Shown one piece after another: positions 1 to 11,240 of a stretch of 64,000 nt of DNA (its first letter is position 1; each line of letters opens with the position of its first letter). The notes beneath the pieces were generated by a model. It had not been told where the DNA came from. It did not search any database and was given only the letters and a program-made list of their open reading frames with translations. The position numbers and the translations under genes are program-made. Origin of the DNA: Eledone cirrhosa. Taxonomy: Eukaryota. The stretch spans positions 187,240,001-187,304,000 of the forward strand of contig OZ024742.1 in assembly GCA_964016885.1 (NCBI GenBank), written 5' to 3'.

Positions 1-148
1 TGCCTACGCTTTAGTCCTTTCTATTCCATTATTTATTAGTAATGGTGGGTACTGTCTTTCGAGTAGAATTTTCTTTAATTCTTGAAGTCTTTTATTCGCG
101 TTTCATAATTGGAGACAATTGTGAAAATTCTTCTTGCTAGGTTAAAAG

Positions 149-169
<21 letters not shown>

Positions 170-179
<10 letters not shown>

Positions 180-500
180 CTAAAGCTGACGGCCGTATAT
201 AGGTAACAAACTTTCCGCCAAACGGCTGGACCACACAGCACCAAATTTGCACCATAGAAGTAACTTTTTCCAAGTAAAAAAGTAAGGGTATTTTCGTCTA
301 CTGAATTTTGTTAAAAGATTAAAGACATTATTTAAATATTCACTTCTTGAAAATTTCAAATGTCAACACTTCCGGTTATACGTCATTCCTCACTTTTTCT
401 TATGACGTCGCACAACATTCCCCTCTTTTTCTTAGTCTGTATGTCTGGCTGTCTGCAATAGATAACATTTTTCGAAATATTTACTTCTGCGTTCACAGAG
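170..500 (+). mobile_element. Probable Helitron 5' terminal region
   Basis: Starts in an (AT)n run. Contains AAACGGCTGGACC...CCAAATTTGCAC, resembling the CCGATTTCAACCAAATTTGGCAC motif of the clearer Helitron at 46878. No clear 5' TC is visible. Confidence 0.4.
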
Positions 501-699
501 GATTTTTTTTAGTTAAGGGTGAAAGCAGCGATAATTTGCTTAAACTTTAATGTTATTTTAATATATATATTCGTGTACATATATTTTTGCATGCACAAAA
601 ACACAAACCTATTTATTTCACTAAGTAATAATCTAATTGAACTGAATAGAATTTATTAGAAAGGAAAAAAACGAAGATAATACGTCATTAATGAGTTAA

Positions 700-1871
700 T
701 ATCTGTATACAACAACTACAACGGTACGCGATGGGGCCCACCCACAGCCCTGGTGGACAGAATGGAGAGGCGTTTACTCGGAGGACGGCAAGGGAGACGC
801 CCTGGAAAAGCCACTCCAACTCGCGGGGCTCACACCTGCGGCTGGCCAGCTCAGCGCCTATGGTGGTAAGTAAGGAGGTAGCCCTGGGGCTGAGGACACC
901 AGAAATCTCCACTGAAAGGGGTACGACCGGAAACCTGTCGGAGAGCGACCGGTATTTGAGGAGTTTGGCCCGCTCAGCGCGACGTGCAGCAGAACCTGTG
1001 TCAGTCGCAGACTGCACCCAGATTGCGGCTGCAGAAAGTGTCGGTGCAATTGGCATCCCAGACAAGGGGTTTGCCACCACGGAATGGGAAGATAGTCATG
1101 CCATCTGGCATTTTGCCGTCCCCTCTATCCAGCCCCACCGGCTCGAGCTGGGAAGGGAAGCATGCAGCGTCCAAGCCATGCTTAATGATCTCGTTGAGGG
1201 CAGCATGGCGTGGAATGCGGTCGGCACTGTAGAGACAGGAAAGCGGGTGGAGGCTGAAATAATCCACGGTGGAACTGCAGCGACATTGGTGTAGTTGGTA
1301 GATCCGGATGCCGAGACTAAGGGAAACGCCGATTCGCAAGCTATGGTTGTCTAGCTGCGTGCCAGTGGAGAAGAAGGGCAGGGCATGGAGCCAGGCACCA
1401 CTGTGGGGTTTGGAGGCCGCACGAAAACAAGCAAGGTGGTGCTGGTCAAGCTTGCGCGTGAGCCTGTCTGAGGCCAGGCTGCACTGGATGGCATCCCAAG
1501 TGCTTTGGGGGACTTGACGTCAATAGGGGGAGAAAGAGGAGGGACGTCTATTGGGCTAAATCCCAGCCGGTTCCAGGTCTCATAGGCGGCCTCGCGTTCT
1601 CTGAACACAGAGGGTTCTGTTGTGTTTTGAAGAACCCTGCTGACGAGGACGCGGCACGAGCTTACCTATGAAAGATACGCCGGCAAAGCTAGTGAGATCG
1701 AGGACCGGAGGCCAAGGCCGCCATACGTGACAGGTAAAATGGCCTGTTGCCACCCTATGACGTCAAACTTGACGTTGCATACCCTCTCGGCTGTTGCTCG
1801 GATACAAGTATCGAGGTCAGCGAAGAGAGATGTCTGGGTGTAGCATGGAGTGCTAAAGCACAGACAGCTTA
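700..1871 (-). mobile_element. 5'-truncated CRE-clade non-LTR retrotransposon (RT C-terminus, CCHC-like finger, restriction-like endonuclease), frameshifted
   Basis: Consecutive minus-strand ORF pieces give GGLGLRS..LALPAYLS, SGAWLHALP, LRIGVSLSLG..HQCRC..H.LSC, RHAALNEII, EPVGLDRGDGKMPDGMTIFPF..GK.LVWD, AE.AKLLKY and VSLAVLRVNA. This is the typical RHN/PD..D RLE architecture. Confidence 0.85.
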
Positions 1872-2695
1872 TTGTCATTGTTATTGTTCGAGGTTAGAGG
1901 GCCACAGTCTTTCCAAGATCTGAGAACCGTCAATGGCCATCAATTTTCCACTAACCGTTTGGCTTGCCGGATGCGTGGTATGTTACACGATGACAGCCAT
2001 TGGCACCTCACCCTGCAAGAATCAGCAACCGCTAAAGTCCCTTCTCAGCTGCGAAAACTATTTGCTATTAGACTGCACAACTGCGATCTCGCCGACCCTC
2101 TCGCACTGTGGAACAACGACCGTGAAAGTTAAGCTGAGGACATCATGTACCGCACACGCAGACACAATTCAAACGTTACCTACGATGTCGTTTTCAATGA
2201 GGCGCTCATTTGTGTCGAAAACAGTGTCCTGGAGATTGGTGGTAGGCCTCTAACTCACTACAGCTTACCTGCTCCTAACAGGAGTATCCAGAGTTCAACG
2301 TCTACATAGCTTCTTCGCGAGACGAGCTACGAAATCAGTGATTCTCCTATGGTCAATTGTATGTAGGATGCTCTAGGTTTAGCTCGCAAAACAATCTCTA
2401 CATTTTTGCTGTTACTTGGAATTTCCAATATGGATGTACACATTATTGTTTGTTAAAAAATGTGTTCTTTGTTCAGGCTTTATTGTTGTAACTATTTATT
2501 TTCTTTAACGTACTGGCTGCTGAACTGGGGAATCTTAAAGCTATTCAAACTCAACATCAGAGCACGTTAACCCCCCCCCCCCCCCACGCTGACTTGAGAG
2601 GGCATGCGGTATCTTTGCACTGGAGTGTAGGGGGGATTCCTGAAAAGATAAAATGCCGGTATAGCTAGCCGGACCCTGCTGGACGGGCCAGCTAG
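1872..2695 (+). mobile_element. Helitron fragment: RepHel linker remnant plus intact 3' end
   Basis: LLL.VRGPQSFQDLRTVNG...AC..RGMLHDD..W..L.E....QLRKLF...C....P.ALW is the conserved Helitron inter-domain motif. The element ends in a GC-rich hairpin then CTAG (2692-2695), followed by T in (AT)n. Confidence 0.85.
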
Positions 2696-2708
2696 TATAT
2701 ATATATAT

Positions 2709-3249
2709 ATGAAAAAAAAGGAAAAGAATGACTTCACTTGTAGTGTTAAATAATTTTATTTTATTTTATAATATTATAATTGTTTCTACTTTAGGCACAA
2801 GGCCAGCAATTACCCAGTGTATTACTGGTACTTTATTTTATCGACCCTGTAAGGATGAAAGGCAAAGTCAACCTCGGCGGGATTTGAATTCAGATCGTAA
2901 AGGGACGTAACTATGCTGGAAAGCATGGCGTCCGACTCTCTACCGATACTGCCAATCCACCGCCCTTAATATTATAATATTATGAGTTGGTAGATCTAGT
3001 AAATTCTTTGTTAACTTCAGTGGGAAGGATTTTAAAGATTCCTGGTTAACTTTGTTGGAGAACTTTCTCGCATTCATCGGTGGCGATTGTCAAACTGAGA
3101 TCAGGTTGTGTTGTGATGTGTGACTCTATATATAAGAGAGATTTGGCTATGTCTGGGGTGTGGGGTGTGGGGTGTGGTGTTAATGAGTGTTGATGAAGAT
3201 TTGAAGGAATTAAAGCATACACACACACATACACACACACACACACATA

Positions 3250-3290
<41 letters not shown>
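2709..3290 (-). repeat. Duplicated block, copy A (inverted relative to 9125-9704), interrupted by a SINE
   Basis: The flanks GAAAAGAATGACTTCACTTGTAGTGTTAAA and GAGTTG..TGGCGATTGTCAAACTGAGA..AAAGCATAC(CA)n are reverse complements of 9220-9704. Confidence 0.85.
2781..2965 (-). mobile_element. tRNA-derived SINE (full length)
   Basis: Minus strand starts GGGCGGTGGATTGGCAGTATCGGTAG (A box), then GAATTCAAATCCCGCC (B-box-like), and ends GCCTTGTGCCTAAAGTAGAAACA. TSD is about TAATATTATAAT. Many copies occur in the window. Confidence 0.85.
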
Positions 3291-3298
<8 letters not shown>

Positions 3299-3299
3299 G

Positions 3300-6190
3300 C
3301 ACTCAGAAAATGGTTGGAGCCAAGAACACAATGGCTACATGAATATGAAAAAAACTATGGGAAAGTCCAAATAAAATCCCCAAAACAAGCCCAAAAGAAA
3401 ACCCTCAAATTCGGGAATGTACAAAAACACAAGAAATGAAGAATTCTCATGCAATAAACAAACATCAACCAGAAATCGGAGAATCCCAAACACACAATTA
3501 TACACAAACCAAATACTGAACACCAGAACCAGATACAACTACTATCAAAACCACAAGAACAATTACCAGCGGCAAAATCAAAGACATATGATGACCGAAC
3601 GGAACAAGAGAAGAACTAGACCCCCATATATCAACCACCAAACAAAATACTACCGTTCAGAAAATTATCAACATGAAATACCAGCAAACAGTATATTTCA
3701 CTACAACAGAAACACCGCTACCTCAAATGGGAATTATTTTTTAGAACAAGGTGCCTCCCAGAAAAAGAACAGAACACCACCCTTCAAGTGGCACCCGACG
3801 AGAAAACTCCAAGGGAACCAAAAATAATCAACATATCGGCATGAAAGCTAACACAACAGGAAATAAAATTGCTAGAAAATGGACTGAAATTCACACTCAC
3901 TTCAAAAGCAGATCAAGCCGACATTATAAAAGACAGAAGATTTTTGTCAAAAATTACGTCTAGGAGAATTCTCCCAGAGTGTAGAATACGAGGAGGAATC
4001 ACTAGTAAGAAACAAAAAGAACTCCAGGTCCCCGTTAAATAGAGGCAAACCTGGAAGAATACATAACCTGCCTCCGACGATCGGCATAGTCAAATATTGC
4101 AGACACGAAACACAAACTCAACATTCCTACAGACCAACTGCAAGCACTAAACAAACTACAAAAAGACTCCTCAATAATCATAAAAGAAGTGGACAAAGAT
4201 GGAGCAATCATCATCATGGACAAAAACTACTACAAGGATATGGTCCTAGAACAGTTGAATAACGAGGATTTTTATAGAAGCATCAGCAAAAACGAAGAAA
4301 GAAAATCGATGTTTAAAGTAGACAAAATGACGACCAAGTACCAAAACAACATCACACTAAAGGAAATCAATTAATTAACCAACTTCGAAAGGAAAACCAG
4401 CAATTTCTATGGTTTACCGAAGGTTCACAAATCCAGAGAAATCCAAAACAACATAAAAGGCAAAAATGCATCATATGTTGAAGTACCAAAACCGACAGAT
4501 TTAAAATGATGCCCAATTGTTGCTGGTCCAGCCTCAAGCACACAACGTCTAAGCAACCTATTAGACATCATACTGAAACCCTTATGTAAACAAGTGCCAA
4601 GCTTCATCAGAGATGATATGGAATTCCTGAACTATATCCCCCAGAAAGTACACGAAGAAACAATCTTAGTCAGCTTTGGTGTAACAAGCTTATATACTAA
4701 CATCCCACACGCCGTAGGAGTTGAAGCTGTTGACTTCTGGATTACAAAATACCCAGACTACATTTCAGAGAGATTCCTCAACAAATTTATTTTGGAAGGA
4801 CTCAAACTAGTACTGGAGTACAACCACTTCCTTTTTGATAACGAACTATATTTACAAATAAAAGGAACGGTCATGAGCACCAAAGTGGCCCCAACATATG
4901 CAACACTCGTTATGGGTCACCTAGAGGCAAAATTACATTCCAAACTGCAGGAAACATTCAGTCATGACTTCGCCACCTACATTAATCACAACTGGAAACG
5001 CTACCTAGACGACTCCTTCATCTTTTGGAATAGAAGCCAAGAAGATCTGCAAAGATTTAATTCCATCATAAACAATCTTCACGAAGAAATAAAATTCACC
5101 ATTGAATGTAATAAAAAGGAACTACCATTTCTGGATATCCTTGTCATTAAGGTAGGAAGGAATGGGAACATATCAAAACGGACTTATTTTACAAACCAAC
5201 AGACACACACCAATACTTGAATTTCCGTTCAGCACACCCTTCACATAACAAAAGGAACATTCCTTTTAACATGGCAAGACGCATCTGCACCATAGTAACA
5301 CACCCCCACACTACAGGAAAAAAGATTATATGAATTAAAAGAGTTCCTTAAAAGACAAGAATATCCGGTGAACCTCATCAACACAGCCATCTCCAAAGCC
5401 CAGAACATCCCAGTGACAACACTGAGAAAAACAAAGCAACAAAATAGAATGGCAAATGCAGTTATCCCTTTTGTCATCACTCACAATCCAAGGAACTGCA
5501 ACATTGTGAAAGCCGCTAAACAATATCTCCCGATTCTCCAGCAGTCCCCTAAAATGAATGCACTCATAAAAGACGCACAAATTATATATAGTAGACACCA
5601 AGAGCCCTACCTAAAGAAACTGCATACCGAGGCAAAATTTACGTCTAATAATGAAGCAATGCAAGTTAAGAAATGCGGGGACCCTCGATGCAGAACTTGC
5701 AAACACATTGAAGGGGGTGGAAAAATCTATTTTAAAAAGAACCAGTTAATGCAAACATGAATTGCAAAACCAAAAAACTTGATTTACTGTGCAACTTACC
5801 CACAATGTAAAGAATACTACATTGGTGAAATCGGAACGGGTCTACATGATAGAGTTCGAGTACATAAACAACAAATTAGAGAACCCTCTGTGAACACTTC
5901 GCAACATCCGGAAAGGGAAAATTCACAATGTTCCACTTCTTTAAGATATGGTCGGACAATTCTTTATTAGAAAATACAAAAAAAAGTGATATTCCATCTT
6001 CAAGTAACGGGATTCTGCCCCTCTCTTTTCTTTAAAAAAATCTCATATTGAAAAAGAAAAATAGTTGATAACACCCGTACTTTCAAACATTCGATCGCTG
6101 AAGAGAAAAAAAACCCTCAGAGGTACAATAACATTTTATTAATTCCCCCTTCCCCACGTACTGTATATGTGAACTTAAACACTTGAGAAG
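3300..6190 (+). mobile_element. Penelope-like element (Neptune-like), decayed: RT + Zn finger + GIY-YIG endonuclease
   Basis: DKDGAIIIMDK.YY, FYGLPKVHK, PIVAG, SFGVTSLYTNIPH, LQIKGTVM.TKVAPTYA, WKRYLDD, LPFLD, KPTDTHQYLNF.SAHP, C..PRC.TC, IYC....C..YYIGE.G..L..R...H. Several stops and frameshifts. Flanked by (CA)/(AT) tracts. Confidence 0.92.
4594..5220 (+). pseudogene. Penelope reverse transcriptase core fragment
   Basis: 208-aa ORF with the YLDD catalytic motif and PLE-specific SLYTNIP / QIKGT / LPFLD motifs. Truncated by frameshifts. Confidence 0.9.
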
Positions 6191-6311
6191 ATGTGTGTAC
6201 ATATATGTATGTATACATGTGTTTTTTTAAGATATATGTCTTTAGGTATACAGATATGTGTGTCTGCATATGTGTGTGTGTGTGTATATATGTGTATGTA
6301 TGCACGTGTGT

Positions 6312-6368
<57 letters not shown>

Positions 6369-6490
6369 ATGGGTGTATGTGTGTATATATATGTATATAT
6401 ATATATATATATAAATATATATATAAATATATATAAATATATATATATATAAATATATATGTATATATAAATATATATGTATATATAAAT

Positions 6491-6523
<33 letters not shown>

Positions 6524-6547
6524 GAAGATACACACACATATACGTAT

Positions 6548-6593
<46 letters not shown>

Positions 6594-6705
6594 GTTGTAA
6601 TAGAATGAAACGAAATTTCATTTCTCACTCTTAGTACGGCACTTACTTAAATGTAAGTATGTATGTATACGTACATACATATATGTATACAGACGTACAG
6701 TAGCA

Positions 6706-6775
<70 letters not shown>

Positions 6776-6777
<2 letters not shown>

Positions 6778-7056
6778 CAGGTACACATATATATATGTAC
6801 ATATCAGTTCAGCGGTCGTTTATTATAACGCCCGCTTTGTCCGTTTGTAAACAAACGGACAGCCTGATTTATGCCGTACGGTGTTAAGGCAACCACGTCA
6901 CCTTTTTGTTCAACACTGACACAGGAACGATGAACTAGTTTCAAGCTTCTTAGCTATCATCAGCACCGTATACCCTTCTGCACAAACGGACAAAGCGGGC
7001 GTTATAATAAACGTCCGCTAAACTGATACGTACATATATATATATGTGTACCTGTA
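6776..7056. repeat. Short HHR-bearing element with ~75-bp inverted termini in (AT)n
   Basis: TACAGGTACAC..CAGTTCAGCGGTCGTTTATTATAACGCCCGCTTTGTCCGTTTGT is mirrored at 6982-7056. The body is homologous to 13390-13560. Confidence 0.8.
6927..6969 (-). ncRNA. Minimal type-I hammerhead ribozyme motif (family A)
   Basis: Minus strand: acggug CUGAUGA uagcu-aaga-agcuu GAAAC ua GUU caucgu. Stem I is acggug/caucgu; stem III is the palindromic ACUAGU. Confidence 0.75.
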
Positions 7057-7231
7057 TATATATATATATATTAGAATTGGAGCTCTGAAATAGCAATATA
7101 TATATGGATGTATATATAATGTATTTTGCAATACACTTTATGCTTAATTAAAAGCATTTTGAAGACCGTATGCTATTGTTTTAGAGTAGTGACAAATTCA
7201 CTTACTTTAATCTCAGCAAACAGGGGAGATA

Positions 7232-7277
7232 AGCCGACAAGGCCTTGTTTCGCTTCTGTTGAAGCTTATGAAGGCTA
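7232..7277 (-). ncRNA. Hammerhead motif family B, inactivated copy (G5C)
   Basis: Minus strand: agcc UUCAUAA gcuuc-aaca-gaagc GAAAC aaggccuu GUC ggcu. Confidence 0.6.
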
Positions 7278-7699
7278 ACTACCCCTCCTGTCTACTGAGA
7301 TTACTGATGTTATATTCTTATAGAATTCTAGTAAATAATCAGGGACTGATTATACAGAGTTATTGTTGGTCAGGCAGAAATTAAAAATTAGAATTGGAGT
7401 TCTGAAATAGCAATATATCGGCTTATCTCCCCTGTTTGCTGAGATTAAATTAAGTGAATTTGTCACTACTCTAAAACAATAGCATACGGTCTTCAAAATG
7501 CTTTTAATTAAGCATAAAGTGTATTGCAAAATACATTATATATACATCCATATATATATATTGCTATTTCAGAGCTCCAATTCTAATTTTTAATTTCTGC
7601 CTGACCAACAATCGCTCTGTATAATCAGTTCCTGATTATTTACTAGAATTCTATAAGATAATATAACATCAATAATCTCAGTAGACAGGAGGGGTAGTT

Positions 7700-7744
7700 A
7701 GCCTTGATAAGCTTCAACAAAAGCGAAACAAGGCCTTGTCGGCT
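7700..7744 (+). ncRNA. Hammerhead ribozyme motif with U3-A8 core (family B)
   Basis: agcc UUGAUAA gcuu-caacaa-aagc GAAAC aaggccuu GUC ggcu. Palindromic stem III is ACAAGGCCUUGU. Confidence 0.75.
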
Positions 7745-7936
7745 TATCTCCCCTGTTTGCTGAGATTAAAGTAAGTGAATTTGTCACTACTCTAAAACAA
7801 TAACATACGGTCTTCAAAATGCTTTTAATTAAGCATAAAGTTAATTGCAAAATACATTATATATACATCCATATATATATATATGCATGCTACTCTACGT
7901 CCGTATACATATATGTATGTACGTATACATACTTAC

Positions 7937-7999
<63 letters not shown>

Positions 8000-8000
<1 letters not shown>

Positions 8001-8220
8001 GGTATAGAAAGTATTGTAGCAAGAAGCCAACAGTATTCCATAATATATAAATGACTATAGCGTCAAAATGGGAAAATAGTTAACGTAAGATGTGGGAAAA
8101 ATAATTCAAACTCAATTCAAAAAGAATCAGGATATAGATTTATCCACAGAATTTAGTGAAATCCAGGGAGAAATCAATAGAGCCTTACCTCATGATAAAA
8201 TAAAGTTTAAAATACTCATA
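8000..8220. repeat. Dispersed ~230-bp repeat (third copy of the 16828/17468 unit)
   Basis: GTATAGAAA..GCCAACAGTATTCCATAATAT..GTTAACGTAAGATGTGGGAAAAATAATTC..AAATACTCAT is shared with both other copies. Confidence 0.85.
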
Positions 8221-8560
8221 TAAAATACACATATATATGTGTGTGTGTATACATATATATATATATATATGTTAATGTGTGTGTATGTTTATGTGTATAC
8301 GTATTATGTACATGTATGTGTGGGTGTATGCATGTTTGTGTGTATATATATCCACCTCTTCGCTTCCACTTTGTTTTTTGTTTGTTTTTTGTTTACTGTC
8401 TCAACTATAAAATATACATATGTGTATATATATATATATATATATACATATATATGTGTGTGGGGGGTGGTGTATATATGTGTGTGTATGTGTATACATA
8501 TGCGTATGCATGTGTGTGTATATATGTGTATGTATATATATGTATGTGTATATGTGTGGG

Positions 8561-8628
<68 letters not shown>

Positions 8629-9124
8629 GGTGTATATATATGTGTGTATGTGTATATATGTGTATGTATATATATGTGTGTGTATATGTGTGGGTATGTG
8701 TATATATATATACGTATGTGTTGATATGTGTGTTCATGTGTGTGTGTATGTATGTAATATATATATAGACTGTAAATATATTTACATATAGGGAAGTCAA
8801 TATCTGAGCTAGCATGTCTTCCCCCACACTTGCTCTCCCAAACCAATACCAACAACATACATTTCTGACAAACATTCCAAAACTATCCTTCTCTTTTTCT
8901 TTTTACTGTCATCCCATTCTTATCAAAACACATGTATCTTACACCTCATTGAAACCCACCACCACCACCAACACGTACCTAAATTCATCTTTGATATAGA
9001 AATGTGTTGAAGATTACCTCTATAAATTTAAGAGAGTTGATTCACCTATTAGAAATGAATTTATTGAAATAAAACCAGCAGGTGGGGATTTTTACAACAC
9101 CTTTTCAAAAACCCTTATCTTGAG

Positions 9125-9145
9125 GTCACCTCACCCTTTTCAGAG

Positions 9146-9190
<45 letters not shown>

Positions 9191-9704
9191 GTGTGTGTGC
9201 GTGTATGTGTGTGTGTGTATGCTTTAATTGCTCAAATCTTCATCCACACTCATTAACACCACACTCACACCCCAGACATATCCAAATCTTTTTTATATAT
9301 AGAGTCACACATCACAACACAACCTAATCTCAGTTTGACAATCGCCACCGACGAATGCGAGAAAGTTCTCCACAAAGTTAACCAAGAATCTTTAAAATTC
9401 TTTCCACCGAAGTTAACAAAGAACTTAGTAGACCTCTCAACTCATAATATTATAATTGTTTCTACATTTGGCACAAGGCCAGCAATAACCCAGTGCATTA
9501 CTGGTACTTTATTTTATCGACCCCGTAAGGATGAAAGGCAAAGTTAACCTCGGCGGGTTTTGAACTCAGAATGGCAATGGCCGTAACTCTATGCGTTAAA
9601 GCATGGCGTCCGACCCTCTACCGATAATATTATAATATTAGAAAATTAAATCAAATTATTTAACACTACAAGTGAAGTCATTCTTTTCCTTTTTTTCAAA
9701 TATA
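9125..9704 (+). repeat. Duplicated block, copy B (inverted relative to 2709-3290), interrupted by a SINE
   Basis: Reverse-complement match to 2709-3290, including the (TG)n position and the end point next to (AT)n. Confidence 0.85.
9457..9625 (-). mobile_element. tRNA-derived SINE, 5'-truncated
   Basis: Same family as 2781-2965 but lacking the first ~20 nt. TSD is about ATAATATTATAAT. Confidence 0.85.
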
Positions 9705-9807
9705 CCTACTGTACCAAGGATCTCACACATTTTCCTATATCTATATACATGAGTCCAGACATAGCCGTCGAAGCGGTTTGAGCTCTGCCGTCGGGGTTAA
9801 AGATTTT

Positions 9808-9888
<81 letters not shown>

Positions 9889-10488
9889 CACATATAATAG
9901 AAATGGTCGTGGTGATAATGATGATGATAGTGGTGGTGGTGGTGGTGGGTGTGAGTATGTTGATGGTGTTGATGATGATGATGATGATGATGTGATGATA
10001 GTAGTGTTGGTGGGCGTGGTTATGTTGATGATGGTTGTTGTGATGGTCGGGTACCAAGGATCTCACACATTTTCCAATATCTATATATATGAGTCCAGAA
10101 ATAGCCGTCGAAGCGGCTTGAGCTCTGCCGTCGTGGTTAAAGATTTTCCAATATCTATATATATGAGTCCAGAAATAGCCGTCGAAGCGGCTTGAGCTCT
10201 GCCGTCGGGGTTAAAGATTTTCCAATATCTATATATATGAGTCCAGAAATAGCCGTCGAAGCGGCTTGAGCTCTGCCGTCGGGGTTAAAGATTTTCCAAT
10301 ATCTATATATATGAGTCCAGAAATAGCCGTCGAAACGGCTTGAGCTCTGCCGTCGGGGTTAAAGATTTTCCTATATTTATATATATATATATATATACTG
10401 TAGTCACATATAATAGAAATGGTCGTGGTGATAATGATGATGATAGTGGTGGTGGTGGCGGTGGTGGGTGTGAGTATGTTGATGGTGT

Positions 10489-10538
<50 letters not shown>

Positions 10539-10600
10539 TGATGATAGTAGTGTTGGTGGGTATGGTTATGTTGATGGTGATGATGATCATGATCATGATC
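9705..10600. repeat. Nested tandem duplication: ~340-bp unit x2, the second with four 74-bp subrepeats
   Basis: GTACCAAGGATCTCACACATTTTCC occurs at ~9711 and ~10051. GAGTCCAGAAATAGCCGTCGAAGCGGCTTGAGCTCTGCCGTCGGGGTTAAAG starts at 10091, 10165, 10239 and 10313. Confidence 0.9.
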
Positions 10601-10619
10601 ATGATGATGGTGGTTGTTG

Positions 10620-11240
10620 TGATGGTGGTTGTGATGATGATAGTTGTGACGTTGGTGGTGGTTGTGATGTTGGTGGTGGTTGTGATGATGATAGTTGTGA
10701 CGTTGGTGGTGGTTGTGATGTTGGTGGTGGTTGTGATGATGATAGTTGTGACGTTGGTTGTGGTTGTGATGTTGATGGTGGTTGTGATGATGATAGTTGT
10801 GACGTTGGTGGTGATTGTGATGTTGATGGTGGTTGTGATGATGATAGTTGTGACGTTGGTGGTGGTTGTGATGTTGCTGGTGGTTGTGATGATGATAGTT
10901 GTGACGTTGGTGGTGGTTGTGATGTTGGTGGTGGTTGTGATGATGATAGTTGTGACGTTGGTTGTGGTTGTGATGTTGATGGTGGTTGTGATGATGATAG
11001 TTGTGACGTTGGTGGTGGTTGTGATGTTGATGGTGGTTGTGATGATGATAGTTGTGACGTTGGTTGTGGTTGTGATGTTGGTGGTGGTTGTGATGATGAT
11101 AGTTGTGACGTTGGTTGTGGTTGTGATGTTGATGGTGGTTGTGATGATGATAGTTGTGACGTTGGTGGTGATGGTGGTGGTGATGGTGGTTGTGATGATG
11201 ATAGTTGTGACGTTGGTGGTGATGGTGGTGGTGATGGTAG
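10620..11240. repeat. 51-bp minisatellite derived from (GAT/GGT/GTT)n
   Basis: GATGATGATAGTTGTGACGTTGGTGGTGGTTGTGATGTTG.TGGTGGTTGT repeated about 12 times (TAGTTGTGAC at 10641, 10692...). Confidence 0.9.

Larger units (their letters stand above)
7071..7875. mobile_element. Retrozyme-like array: ~1.1 minus-strand plus ~1.4 plus-strand copies of a 321-nt HHR-delimited monomer
   Basis: 7420-7740 repeats directly from 7741 and in reverse complement at 7071-7417. The monomer boundaries coincide with the predicted GUC^GGCU cleavage site. Confidence 0.8.

Noticed and set aside
731-1294. 187-aa plus-strand ORF
   Set aside because: Antisense to the CRE RLE coding frame in GC-rich sequence, with no independent motif.
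6095-6130. CTGAAGA in the Penelope 3' region as its pLTR ribozyme
   Set aside because: The position is suggestive but stem II and GAAAC are not recoverable from this copy.
6117-8875. Numerous YIYI/HTHT/CVCV ORFs here and throughout the window
   Set aside because: They are translations of dinucleotide microsatellites.
10091-10370. CRISPR-like appearance of hairpin-containing 74-bp repeats
   Set aside because: Units are head-to-tail with no unique spacers, there are no cas genes, and the context is eukaryotic.
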